From Eledone cirrhosa (lineage: Eukaryota), in contig OZ024754.1 of assembly GCA_964016885.1 (NCBI GenBank), positions 30,504,001 through 30,568,000 of the forward strand: 64,000 nucleotides of DNA, given 5' to 3'. The notes beneath the pieces were generated by a model that saw only the letters and a program-made list of their open reading frames with translations, ran no database searches and was not told the DNA's origin. Within the stretch, counting starts at the first letter, position 1, and every line of letters begins with the position of its first letter. Shown here in pieces: positions 48,507-62,490 of the stretch. The position numbers were made by a program, and so were the translations under genes.

Positions 48507-48989
48507 CTAGCAGAAAAACCACCCCTCGGGTGGTTTTCTGCTAGCATGTGTAGTGTGTATATTAATATTATACGCAAGTATATATATACACGTAGATATA
48601 ATACATCAAATAAAATTGTAGTTGACAATATACACAGAAATTGAAGAGAGACTGTGTTACACTGTCTTATGTAATCAGTAACGTAATCCATGATACATTA
48701 AAAAAAGACGCTATTATATATAAAATGCATTAGGAGAAAATTAGTGGCAGAAAATTAATATGTTTATTTAAGCGATTGCCACTGGAAGTGTTGACATTTG
48801 AAAATTTTAAAGAAGTGAATCTTTAAATAAATAATAAAATATATTTAATGAACAGCCACGAAATTTAGTAGATAAATTATGTAATATTCAGTCATTATTT
48901 ATTCAAAGTAATCCAACTTATTTTACTAATGGGATAAAAAATTATAAACTGTACGCAGTCCCGCACTTCTTACTGTATTATAGTTTAGA
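48507..48989 (-). mobile_element. Non-autonomous Helitron H1, second copy
   Basis: Reverse-complement homolog of 12108-12588 along its whole length. Confidence 0.85.
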
Positions 48990-48997
48990 TTATTCAA

Positions 48998-49080
48998 AAC
49001 CCACTTTGTATTGTCCTGTACCATTCTCTGCCATCTGTTATGTTTTTCTTCATGTTAGCCCTTGTGACCAATAAAGAAAC

Positions 49081-49132
<52 letters not shown>
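48998..49132 (+). mobile_element. 3' end of a related Tx1 element with (ATT)n tail
   Basis: gtattgtcctgtac..cccttgtgaccaataaagaaac(tat)n resembles gtatcgtcctgtac..cccttgtggttaataaagaaagc at 54876-54940. Confidence 0.7.
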
Positions 49133-49584
49133 GGCGACCTACGTAGGAAATCGTATTATCGTGAGCTCCGCAAAGGTTTGTTGTTTTCAGTTGTTTCAAA
49201 TTGCCAGTTATGGAACATTTTTGTTGTTAAGTGTTCATAAGTTCACATATATTGCTTTCTGAAAAGGACAGTAAATAATATTGGGGCCTTGAGCCCAACA
49301 TTTTAAACTTTTATAACTATCAAACAAAAACTTTCTTTGAAAAAACATGGACGGCACTCAGCCACACAAAGCTGACAGCCTTCCTAACAAACCAACACCA
49401 CCATTGTAGAAATTACTACGCTTGCCAACACTAAAAATATAAGCAGTGTCAATAATTTAAATTTGTCACATGCAGACATTCATTTCCCGCCATTACCAAT
49501 AACTGCAGGTGTTAAAGCCTCCGCCACCCCCCACCACCACCACAGCGACAACAGAAAAAAAAATTATTATCTCGTGACATCTAA

Positions 49585-51126
49585 ATGGATTCAACCAGAA
49601 TCGACTATTCCACGCCGAACACCACTGACGCCACCACCACCACAACTGAAACTAAAAAGAACAATAACAAAAATAACAATAACAGCAACAACAACAACAA
49701 TGAGAATAACAACAACAACATCAATACTAGCGCAAAACAAAATGTGTCGTTTGCCAAAGCAGCCAAGAAAAGCGAAACAATCGAGGTAAGCCAGGATGAA
49801 TTAAATGAAGCCAAGAGAATGGTAAAAAAAGATGGGTACAGGGTCAGCATCACCCCACCATCTAATAAAATGGAGCATCGGCGCCTATGCACCTTGTCAT
49901 ATCGGACGATAAACACAAAATCACGCCGAGTGGAACGGGCATCCGAGTCCCAGATACAAAAAGCTTTGGGACATGTGTGGGTGAAAAAACCCCACATCAG
50001 ACGTGGGCAGAAATATGGAACCTTGGACGTGTTCTTTGGAACACCCCAGGAAACCAGAGAGCACTCCATGGCCCCATTAAGAAGTGACGAATTCACACTC
50101 GGCCCAAACTATTGTGGTCAGAGACTTGTGAAGATCAGGGTGACCCACGTTTGGCCGACCATCGAAATTCCCTGTCTAATGGCTGCCGTCCTCGCCGGCA
50201 TCAAGGCCAACATGAAAATAATTGAGGAAACAAAAGAAAAGCAGGAGAACTGGTCCGGATCTGGGATGGAGCTCCTGATCCAAGCGGAACAAAAAAACAT
50301 TGAGGAAATTCTAGAGGTGATAGACCTCAATGACGGCAACCACCTCACCGTAATCGTTGAGGGTAGAAGGCCTAGGTGTGTCATTTGTGGCGAAGGAACC
50401 CACCTAAAGGCTTTTTGCTCTCAGGCTAAAAAGTTTACGCCACCTCTCCTACCCACCCCAGTGACTCAACCATCAAAACCACCAGCAGTAGAAATGGCAG
50501 CAACAACTGTAGCAGCAACAACAGAAGCAACTGTAGCAGCAACAACCCCAGCAACAGTAGCACCAACACCACCACCACCCACCGCACCAGAGTTAGCACC
50601 AGTGGAGGATTTTCCCCTCCCTGACCTATCGCAACTGGAGATACATTGTGACGATGAGGAGGAGTGGGAAAAGGTATCAGGAAAAAAGAAAAAGAAAAAA
50701 AGAACCTCAAAAAGAAAAACTCCTCTTCCTTCGCTCTCCAAAAACAAAATGCAAGAGGATAGAAATAAGCAAACAAACAAAAAAGTTAAGACATCTATGC
50801 GTCCACCCACACCTGCATCACCAACCCCATCACCACAAACACCAACATCATCACCATCATTAACCCCACAACCACCATCACCAACACCACAAAAATCACC
50901 AAAAAAGCGAAACAGAAACAAAGCCACAGCAAACTCAAACAAAACAAAACAACCAAAACGATACACACTACACAGCATTAAATTTGAACAACAACCAATT
51001 ATTACACTACATCCATCCAACACAACGCCAGCATCACAGAAAAAGACTACACAACACCCCAAAAGTTCACAGCACCTCCACACATACAAATCACTCGAAT
51101 CACACAGAAAACGTACACAACACTAA
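49585..51126 (+). CDS. Tx1 ORF1 (gag-like, CCHC zinc knuckle, Pro/Lys-rich tail); termini probably altered by frameshifts
   Basis: VSFAKAAK, VEGRRPRCVICGEGTHLKAFC (CX2CX4HX4C), EWEKVSGKKKKKK. Confidence 0.8.
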   Translation: MDSTRIDYSTPNTTDATTTTTETKKNNNKNNNNSNNNNNENNNNNINTSAKQNVSFAKAAKKSETIEVSQDELNEAKRMVKKDGYRVSITPPSNKMEHRRLCTLSYRTINTKSRRVERASESQIQKALGHVWVKKPHIRRGQKYGTLDVFFGTPQETREHSMAPLRSDEFTLGPNYCGQRLVKIRVTHVWPTIEIPCLMAAVLAGIKANMKIIEETKEKQENWSGSGMELLIQAEQKNIEEILEVIDLNDGNHLTVIVEGRRPRCVICGEGTHLKAFCSQAKKFTPPLLPTPVTQPSKPPAVEMAATTVAATTEATVAATTPATVAPTPPPPTAPELAPVEDFPLPDLSQLEIHCDDEEEWEKVSGKKKKKKRTSKRKTPLPSLSKNKMQEDRNKQTNKKVKTSMRPPTPASPTPSPQTPTSSPSLTPQPPSPTPQKSPKKRNRNKATANSNKTKQPKRYTLHSIKFEQQPIITLHPSNTTPASQKKTTQHPKSSQHLHTYKSLESHRKRTQH

Positions 51127-51289
51127 AACAAAAGGACATCGGAGACTTCCGATAAACACTCTCCAGGAGGATTTATAAGGACGTCCTTCCGGAGGAGGCC
51201 ACAAGCAATGAGAAGGATGGAGAAACCATCCTTCCTCTACGGGATGTGAGGTAAGTGGACTTTCCCATCTTTTTCCACTCCTTTTCAAC

Positions 51290-54200
51290 ATGACCTCACT
51301 CAGAATAGGCAGCATAAATGCGCGTGGCCTGGGGTTGTCATGGAAGCAGGGCCACCTGCTCAACGACCTCAGGTCACTAAACATAGATGGGGTGGCTATC
51401 AGCGAGACCAGAATCTCCGAAGCATGAGCCTTCACACCGATCTTCGGCGGCTACGATCTCCCAGCCATCCTGGATCGGGGGGAGGAGTTACTGTGCTTTT
51501 TCGGAGAGGTTTGGATCTCGCCATACGGGCCATCTTCCTAGACCCAGAAGGTAAGTTAGTGGTGCTGGACGTGACCAGCGGAGACAGGTGAGTTTTCAGG
51601 CTAGTGGCCGTCTATGCCTCGACAGGAGCAGGGCGACCTGATTTCTTCCGGCGTCTGGAGACCTTTCTTGGAATGTCCCGCTCTTTAGTGTTAGTGGGCG
51701 ACTGGAACGGGATCTTAGATGCATGCTGGGACTGTGTGGCATTAGCGGATAGGGGAGGAGGGTGTAAGAGCCTCACCAACCTGCTCAGGCATTTTGAACT
51801 GTCTGACAGGTACCGATTGGATTTCCCGAATGTGCCAATGTGGACTTGGACAAACCGTATCGGGTCATCCAGATCATATCTAGATAGAGTATTTTGTAGG
51901 GAAATAGATAGGTCTAGCATAGGCTGTCCACAATTCAAGATAGTCAGCTACACGGACCACAAATTTGTGATCTGTGTGGTTGACTTAGATAGGCTTCATA
52001 GACAAGGACCTGGCTACTGGAAGCTAAACGCGTCATTAACAGCGCGCAAGGCCTACAGAGACCGGATTAGCAAACTAGTTAAACAGTCATTGACGGGGGC
52101 CATTGTCAACAACAAATGGTGGTTTGCTCTGAAAAGAGCGATTAGAATAAAGTCCATTAGGTTTAGTAAGGCTTTAGCAATAGAGAAAAATAGAGCAGAG
52201 GGAGAATTAGTTAGAAAATTAGACGAGACGCTTAGCAAAGGCAGCGCGACCGACGTACTTGCGGTGAAATTGGTCCGTGACCAATTCTTCAATGCAAAGC
52301 ATGAAGGCTGCGTTGTCAGAGCTAGGGTGCATGCTCTCAGACGAGGGTACGAAAGCCGAGTGGCGGAGGCGCGTCGTGGCAAAAAAGCCACGATCCGGTC
52401 TTTGGTGGACCATGACGGGTGCATGCAACTTGATCCCAGGAAAATGTGTGAAGCTTTTCAGCGACACTTCGCTCAGCTGTTCGGGAGCAGCGGCGGGCCG
52501 GATCGAGGGTTGGACTTTAGTGTCTACCTCGACGGACTGCCGCGGCTCTCGGCCACTGAGGCGGAGTGTTGCGAAAAGCCGATAACAGCAGCTGAAATAC
52601 GGGAGGCAATGACTAGCTGCACAAGGGGTAAATTGCCTGGTTTGGATGGTCTGCCCGATGAACTTTCCATACAGATGCCAGACTTGTTCGGAGGCCTCTT
52701 GGCGAATGTCTACTGCAACTGGCAACAGAACGGGAGAATTCCCAGCTCTGTGAGCCGAGGAGTGGTGGTGCTGCTGAGAAAAGATCCGAACAAGGGGGAT
52801 AACATAGATACTTTTCAGGCCCATAACTGCTAAATACAGAGTTCAAGGTTTTGGCCAAGGTGCTAGCAAAGAGGTTGGCGCTTGTCGTTGGTGGTCTGGT
52901 GGGAGAGGCGCAGACATGCGCCATTCCCGACAGATCCATCCACGACAACCTCAACCTCATGCGATACATCGTGGAGAGGGTAGCTAGGGAACCTGGCACG
53001 GGTGGGTCCTTGATCAATTTAGATCAGTCGAAAGCTTTTGAAAGGGTCGACCATCATTATCTGGCAGCAGTCCTGAGGGCGGCTGGCTTTGGGCCCGTCT
53101 TCAGAGGCTGGATCGCAGCCATGCACAGCGACATCTGCTCTGTAGTGAGAGTGAACGGTCACCTTTCGGAACCGTTCAACATCATGCGCTCGGTCCGCCA
53201 AGGATGTCCCCTCTCGTCTCTCTTGTACGTATTGACTCTCGAGCCATTACTGCACAAACTGGAGACGTTGAGAGGGGTCCCGCGCGAACTAAGATGTGGA
53301 AGATCCATGTCAGCATATGTGGACGATGTCACCGTAGTGGTGTCGAACGCCAAACACATTGAGGTGATCGGCACTACACTAAGAGGATATGAAGCGGTGA
53401 CAGGAGCAATGATCAACCAGGAAAAGTCAGTGGGCCTGCAGCTCGGCACCTGGAGAGGCAGGTGCATGCCATCCAACAGCGTCGCCGGGCACTGGACGGA
53501 CGGACCAGTTAAATTGCTAGGGTTCTGGTTCGGTCCGGAACTCCAGAGGGACAAAAACTGGGATGAGCTGACGAGCAGGGTGGTTTCTCTCACCCAGAAA
53601 TGGGCGGAGAGGAATCTATCCCTGAAAGGTCAAGCGGAGGTGGCTAACGCGTACATCGTGTCCGTCATCTACTACCGCCTGACCGTCGTGCCTTGTCCTA
53701 AGCCTCGCCTGACTGCGCTGGAGCGTTTGCTCTTTCGCTTTACGTGGAAGGGACGCGCTCCGATGGTCAGGCGGTCCATCTGCTGTCAACACTCGCTACG
53801 TGGAGGGCTGGGCATGCCGTGGCTGATGATACGCAGACACGTGCTCAGGCTACGACATCTCCACCTCTTCCTCGGCGGTGATCAGGTGTGGTCGCTGTTT
53901 GCTAGACATGTCTTTCCCCAGCTTGTCTCCTTGATGGAGCTGCACTCCTGGGTCAAGCGAAGACCAAGAGGGAGCGCTTGGAGACTGGAATGTCTTCAGG
54001 CGCTCACAGCCCTTGACCAATCGGGCAATGTGATCGGTGGAAACTCCACTTTGGCGTTCTATAGAGGATTAGTGGAGGGGAAGAGCAATGATGTACTTGG
54101 GGAAACTCTAGGCATCGACGAAAATCAACTAGCCAATCTCTTCGAACGAACTTTCGGGCCGGGGCCTATGGACAACTTCCAGAAATCCCTGGCCTGGCAG

Positions 54201-54683
54201 TGCTACCGAGGAGCTTTGCCAATTCGGGATAAACTCTACAGGCACGGAAGTGCCGTGAGTCGGGCATGTCCGAGATGCGCGCAGGGCGACGAAACCATCC
54301 TGCACGCACTCGTCCAGTGTCCGAGCATTGCTGACTTGTGGGTTTATGTCAAACACCTCCTGTCGCATTCAGGACGGATTCAGCTATCAGCTGAGTCCAT
54401 CGTGAGGATTGCCCCGCCCTCTTCCTTTAGCTGGGAAGGGCAGGCAATTTTTATCTGTCTGGTGGTCATGGCAAAAGAGATAGTATGGTGGATGTGTTTG
54501 AAAGGGCTGAAGACGAGCACTAACCTCTTCGGTGATGCCCTGATTAGCTTTTTCAAATTTTATTTAAAAAGGAAAATCAGGGTAGAGTGGGAAGTGCTCT
54601 CTTCCCAGCATTTTGTTGAAAGATGGGTTAGAGAGGCAAGAATGGCCCGTGTGAATGGGCCTACTCTGAGTATGTGCCTGTAA
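51290..54683 (+). pseudogene. Tx1 ORF2 (APE endonuclease, RT, C-terminal Zn finger), frameshifted
   Basis: MTSLRIGSINARGL, ISETR, VGDWNG, SYLDRVF, YTDHK, GYWKLN, LPGLDGL, LDQSKAFERV, VRQGCPLS, AYVDD, CPRC..ETILHALVQC; breaks near 51425-51600 and 52815. Confidence 0.92.
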
Positions 54684-54977
54684 ATTGAAGGTGGAAAACT
54701 AGGAGAGGGCACTTGCTCTGGTGGTCAGGGTCACTGTGGCTTTTTTAATGGGCTTTCTCCACGAAAGTCCCTCAGAAGTCTCCCCCCTATTGGGGAATTT
54801 TTCATTGTTTCTTTTTTTTTGTTACATCCTCTGTTTTTTGTTTTTTACACGCAGAAATGCCCATTTATACCATCCTGTATCGTCCTGTACTGTCCTTAAT
54901 GTCTACTTTGTGTAAACCCTTGTGGTTAATAAAGAAAGCATTGTTATTTTTATTATTATTATTATTATTATTTTTAT

Positions 54978-55357
54978 TCAGGGACACTTCAGACAGCCTC
55001 TAGAAGAATGGCTATAAAGCTTCGGATTATTAAAACGGAGTACCACAAAATTAGGGTAAGTGCCTCACTCCAATTTTCATTTTGTTTCTTCTCCTCTTTG
55101 AATGGCTATACTCATAATAGGTTGTATAGATGTACTACCAGGCCTGGGGTTGAAGGGGGAGCAGGAATACCTGATCAGTGACCTTAAGGCATTATGTCTG
55201 GATATGGTAGCTATAAGTGAGACAAAGATTTCCCTTGCTGACTCTGCTCTTGGACAACTACAAAGCCTATGTTTCTAGCTGTCAGCCAGTATCAAGTGGT
55301 GTAGCAATGTTCTTTCAGAAAAGTCTGAACCTAGTGGCAAGAACAGTTTTCCCAGAC
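54978..55357 (+). mobile_element. Diverged Tx1 fragment (ORF1/ORF2 junction and APE start)
   Basis: MAILIIGCIDV..GLGLKGEQEYLISDLKALCLDMVAISETR..GVAMFFQKSLNL parallels 51290-51540. Confidence 0.75.
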
Positions 55358-57430
<2,073 letters not shown>

Positions 57431-58157
57431 TAAACATACATTTTAATGGAGATGTTTCCTCTTCATATATTCAAAAAGTTGTTTTCCAGTGAATATTTGA
57501 AAAAGTAAAATATAATAGTTGGATATATATATATAGAATAGACCGATAAATATCCGTCTTTGTTAAAAATATTTCAAGGAAACATTGAGGAAATTGAATT
57601 TTATTTATAATTATAGAAATCAATAAGATTTTGTGCCATATTTCATATTAAAAAATTCAAGAAACTTCTTTCTCTCTCTCTCTTCCCCCAACTCTCCCTT
57701 TTAAGGAAAATAGTGTATATTAATTTAGCAGTTTTGTTAAAAGATCTCTCCATAAATTAATCATCAAACAAATAGACTGTTAAAGCTGAATTCTAGAAGT
57801 TTCTAGTATGTTAGGACAGATGAGAGGAAATAGTGCTCCTGGAAGAGATACTCAACTAGATGATTTGTTTACCAAATCCATCAGTCACTTTAAAACAACC
57901 ACTTGAAAATAAGGTGCTTTTAACAGAGTCAGCTCTGTTGTAAGTATTCAAGCCATGTCCCTTCTTTGAGCATATATATCTCGACCCTCTACTCCAACCT
58001 ATTTTTGAGGCCTTGAACAGGGTCATGGGCCCTGTCCCCCCATTTCTGACTAAACAGTTAAAAATAAAGAAAGAACATAAAATAAAACCAGTTAAGGAAA
58101 TTAATACAATTTCTTGAGTTGTTCCAAGTTCTGAATATTTCTGTTCATGTATGAGGC

Positions 58158-58645
58158 CGCATTGCTGCCAAATCTAGGACAGTGCAGCAGCTGTGTACAC
58201 TTGGGACAGTATTGCTGCCAGATCTGGAACAGTATTGCTGCCAAATCTGGGAGAGTGTTGCTGCCAGATCTGAGACAGTATTGCTGCCAGAGCTGAGACA
58301 GTATTGCTGCTAGATCTGGAACAATATTGCAGCCAGATCTAGGAGAGTATTGCTGCCAGATCTGGAACAGTATTGCTGCCAGATCTGGAACTGTATTGCT
58401 GCCAGATCTGGGACAGTATTGCTGCCATATCTGCGGCAGTATTGTTGCCAGATCTAGGAGAGTATTGTTGCCAGATCTGGAACAGTATTGCTGCCAGATC
58501 TGGAACTGTATTGCTGCCAGATCTGGGACAGTATTGCTGCCATATCTGCGGCAGTATTGTTGCCAGATCTGGAACAGTATTGCTGCCAGATCTGGGACAG
58601 TATTGCTGCCAGATTTGGGACAGTATTGCTGCCAGATCTGGGGTA
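58158..58645. repeat. 23-bp minisatellite, ~20 copies, 115-bp higher-order duplication
   Basis: gatctggaacagtattgctgcca; variant catatctgcgg at 58426 and 58541. Confidence 0.95.
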
Positions 58646-58662
58646 TTATTACTGCCCACAAC

Positions 58663-58848
58663 ACGGTGGATTGGCAGTATCGGTAGAGAGTCGGACACCA
58701 TGCTTTGAAGCATAGAGTTACGTCCCTTTATGATCTGAGTTCAAATCTCGCCGAGGTTAACTTTGCCTTTCATCCTTACGGGGTCGATAAAATAAAGTAC
58801 CAGTAATGTACTGGGTAATTGCTGGCCTTGTGCCTAAAAATAGAAACA
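58663..58848 (+). mobile_element. SINE family B copy with 18-bp target-site duplication
   Basis: attattactgcccacaac at 58645-58662 and 58849-58866. Confidence 0.93.
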
Positions 58849-59159
58849 ATTATTACTGCCCACAACTGGAAGAATGCTGCTCCCACATTTTTGCAGACAG
58901 TGTTGTTACTAGCCACATGTGGGGCAGGGCAGCTGCTGCAGTCATCCTAGATAGCAGCCAGAGATGGCCCATTTGATTGATTGGCATAAAGTCACTCACA
59001 GACATGCTCCTTATTTCTCTGTTTTTTCTACTGCTACCACAATTACCTTTTTTTCTCAGAGTTTTCTGTGGTTGCCCCTGACACAACCTGGGAACCTACA
59101 TATTATATATATATTTGTGTGTGTATGTATGTATATATATATATATGTATGTATATATG

Positions 59160-59191
<32 letters not shown>

Positions 59192-59494
59192 CATTATCAT
59201 CATCATCATCTAATGTCCACTTACCATGCTATATATATATATATATGTGTATGCATATATATGTATATATATGTATATATATATATATATATATACGATA
59301 TTAACAAATGCAAACTATATTTATAAAACCATATTTATTTTATTATACATATTTCAAGGACACCACGTTAAATTATGGTGTGCTTTCATCAGACAAAATA
59401 CAATATAGATCAGTTTTATAAATAAATATTGACATACACTTAAAAAATGCAACCATTACTGTTGGAAGGTCCCAAATATATATATATATATATA

Positions 59495-59766
59495 ATATAT
59501 AAGAACAAAAGATGGTTAAAAGAGTTCCATGTATTTTATTATGCGCATTTCAAAAACAAATATCATCATGCAATAATATTTGTGTTTTCATCAGATAAAA
59601 CAGGAAGACATGATATGAAGGTTAAAAAACACTTGTGGATAGTGCAGTTTTAAATCAACATATCTTTTGTTCTTATATATTATGTATACTCCAGTCCTAC
59701 AAACTGTAGAGTGCTTCTTATCCGATATCTGCATTGCTTTATTGTACTACAATAAAACTCACCTCC

Positions 59767-59770
<4 letters not shown>
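59495..59770. mobile_element. Inverted pLTR-like remnant with degenerate hammerhead
   Basis: tataagaacaaaagat / atcttttgttcttata inverted pair; hammerhead-like motif on the minus strand at 59536-59600. Confidence 0.55.
59536..59600 (-). ncRNA. Degenerate type-I hammerhead ribozyme with long stem II
   Basis: ttat-CTGATGA-aaacacaaatattatt..gatgatatttgttttt-GAAA-tgcg-c-ataa; cleavage-site U missing. Confidence 0.5.
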
Positions 59771-59806
<36 letters not shown>

Positions 59807-59949
59807 GCGAGAATCACATTTCGGCGGGTAGAAAAAGCGAAACGTAACGCAAATTCAGAGTCATATATATATATATCTGTGTGTATATATATATATATAT
59901 ATGAATGACGTAAAATAAGAAAATTATAAAAATTAACTTACTTACTAAG

Positions 59950-59993
<44 letters not shown>

Positions 59994-60066
59994 GTCGGGA
60001 CCCTGACAGCGTGAGCTCTTGCCATTTCAACAGGTAGTTATATATACATACATACATATATATATG

Positions 60067-60098
<32 letters not shown>

Positions 60099-60489
60099 CA
60101 TCAGCTTACATTTCAGATTGAACTAAATCTTTCACAACCTATCCACAACAACTGTTGCTGTTGTTCTGAAACTGTTTGCTTCTGTCAGTCTCATTCAGAT
60201 ATTAGTCTCCTAGTCTTCTTACATCAATCTTATATATCAATACAGATCGATAGAGAAAAATCATTGAACCCCTCTCTGCCTATTTCAATCGGTCATATGA
60301 ATCACAGTATAGATTTTTTCTCCTCCTTCTGCTAGAAATGACTAATTCTGGTTCTACCATTCTGTTCCTCTTCCTAACAGATGTTACAACAACAGTTCTT
60401 ATATCCTATTTCTGTACTTCTGTGTTTACATTCTTTCATTCTATGCAGAATTGTGTATATACATCTATTATGCCAACATGCGCACACAT

Positions 60490-60556
<67 letters not shown>

Positions 60557-60569
60557 TTTTTTTATCCTC

Positions 60570-60898
60570 ATTTTGCATCCGCATTTCCCTGCCCTGCTTG
60601 CAAGGGTGGGACAGGAACTGATTCTGGCTTGATTTCTACAGCTGGATGCCCTTCCTAAGACCAACCTCATTTACAGTGAGTGCTGGGTGCCTTTTTGCCA
60701 TGGCACCTCCATGACCACTTTGCAGTGGAATGATAAGGACCCCAGTCCCTATCATCTCATTTCTACAGCTGAGTAAACTGGAGCAATGTGAAATAAAGTG
60801 TCTTGCTCAAGGAAACAACACATCACCCAGTCTGAGAATTGAACTCACAACCTTTCGATTGCAAGGCCAATGCTCTAACCACTAAGCCATGTGCCACC
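60570..60898 (-). mobile_element. SINE family A full copy
   Basis: Matches 571-919. Confidence 0.9.
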
Positions 60899-61236
60899 AC
60901 CATCACCACCACCATCATCACCACCATCATCATCATCATTATCATCATTTAACTGTTTGTTATTCCATGCTAGAAATTAACAGAAATTCAAACAAATTAA
61001 TGCTGAAGTATTCAAACATTATCCTGTAAAAGTTCACATAATATATATGTGCGTATATGTGTGTATGTGTGTGTATGTATGTGTGTATATGTATGTGTGT
61101 GTATATGTATGTGTGTGTGTATGTGTGTTATAAACAGTGTCTGGTTGAACATTGTAATGTATGTGTTTGCTGACATTCAAGGTAAGTTAGAGATGCAGTG
61201 AAGTAGAATAGAAATGTGATTTTATATATATATATA

Positions 61237-61314
61237 TAGGGTGTGCCCAAAAAATGTATACACACTTCAACAGCATTCAAATCAAAGTATGTATACATTT
61301 TTGGGGACACCCTG
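61237..61314. mobile_element. Tc1/mariner-like MITE (1883-1955 family)
   Basis: agggtgtgcccaaaaaatgtatac / gtatacatttttggggacaccctg. Confidence 0.8.
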
Positions 61315-61436
61315 TGTATATATATATATATATATAAATATACATTTATATATACATATGTATATATATATATGTGTGCATGTGCGTGAATGTGTGTATA
61401 AATATATATATACATACGCACATATATGTGTATATA

Positions 61437-62490
61437 TTCACAGGAATACAGTAAGGTGGATTTCACTGTAACTTTGAATAATCTAAATTTTGTCCTTGTG
61501 GTTATGTTAGATTTCCACATCTTATCTTGGAAGTTCACAGCATACCATGCTTGTGTTATCCTGTTGTTAATATCATTTGATAAGTTGGTGAATGCACCAA
61601 AGTATTTGAAATTGTCTACTTTTTTGAGAACAGTATTACTTAATGATTTGATGTTTGATGTGAGTTGATGGTCATATGTTTGGTTTTGTTGACATTTAGG
61701 AAAACTCCCACAGCTTGGGTAGATACTTCATGCTAATTCTAGATACTTCTAATTCTTACAAATTCTGTTGAATAGCCTTAAATACGTTTACTTGAGTTCC
61801 ATATATACTTCTAGCTTGTGTAAGAGATCATCTACCTTACTTAGTGTATCTGCACAGAAGTCAATGTTATCAGTGAATTCCATATAAGCTTGGGGTCATG
61901 ACAGATGTCTCATGCTTCTACACTTTTGAAGGGTAATGCCTTCAAAATCACCAATAGCAACATGTAATTCATGTAGTGAATAGTCAAGTACAATGATAAA
62001 TAAATACAGTGCAAGTGGATGGCCTTGAATTACACCTGTAACTACCCGAAGGAAGTCAGCTTCTTCTTCTGTTGTCAGTACCATGATGAGATTGTTTTCA
62101 TCCATGATTCTGATTCCATTGATGAGTTTGAGCGGAATACTGTAATGAAATAGAACTTCAAACATATGTTTGTGGTTAATGTTATCAAAAGCTTTTCGAA
62201 AGTCTATAGAGGTCAGATCAATATGGCTTCTTTTTGATGATTTCTTACTTCTTTAATTAGTCATCGGAGGGCCATAATCTGTCATGATGTAGATCTAGAT
62301 GATATAAATCCATTTTGGTTTTGGTGTAGGATGTTTTCAATTTCTGGTCAAAGCCTGTTCAATATAAGGTGATTATGAATTTTGGTAACCACCTGTGTCA
62401 GATTTATTCCATGATAATTGTCTGATATCTTAAGATAACTTTTCTTGGGAATAGATACTATTGTGGAAATACCCCATTCTTCTGGAAGGC
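61437..62490 (-). mobile_element. Old, degenerate LINE RT fragment (RTE/RTE-X-like)
   Basis: IDFRKAFDNINHKHMF, VTGVIQGHPLALYLFIIVLDY, VDNFKYFG, KMWKSNITTRTKFRLF..TLLYSCE with many stops. Confidence 0.85.

Larger units (their letters stand above)
49133..54975 (+). mobile_element. Tx1/L1-clade LINE, near full-length (ORF1 + ORF2), inactivated
   Basis: Two-ORF layout, AATAAA then ATT tail, (ATT)n at the 5' junction. Confidence 0.93.

Noticed and set aside
51550-51602. Additional GTAAGT/GTGAGT donor-like sites in Tx1 ORF2
   Set aside because: Lie within conserved APE coding sequence (DPEGKLVVLDV), with no adjoining long pyrimidine tract or second-copy support.
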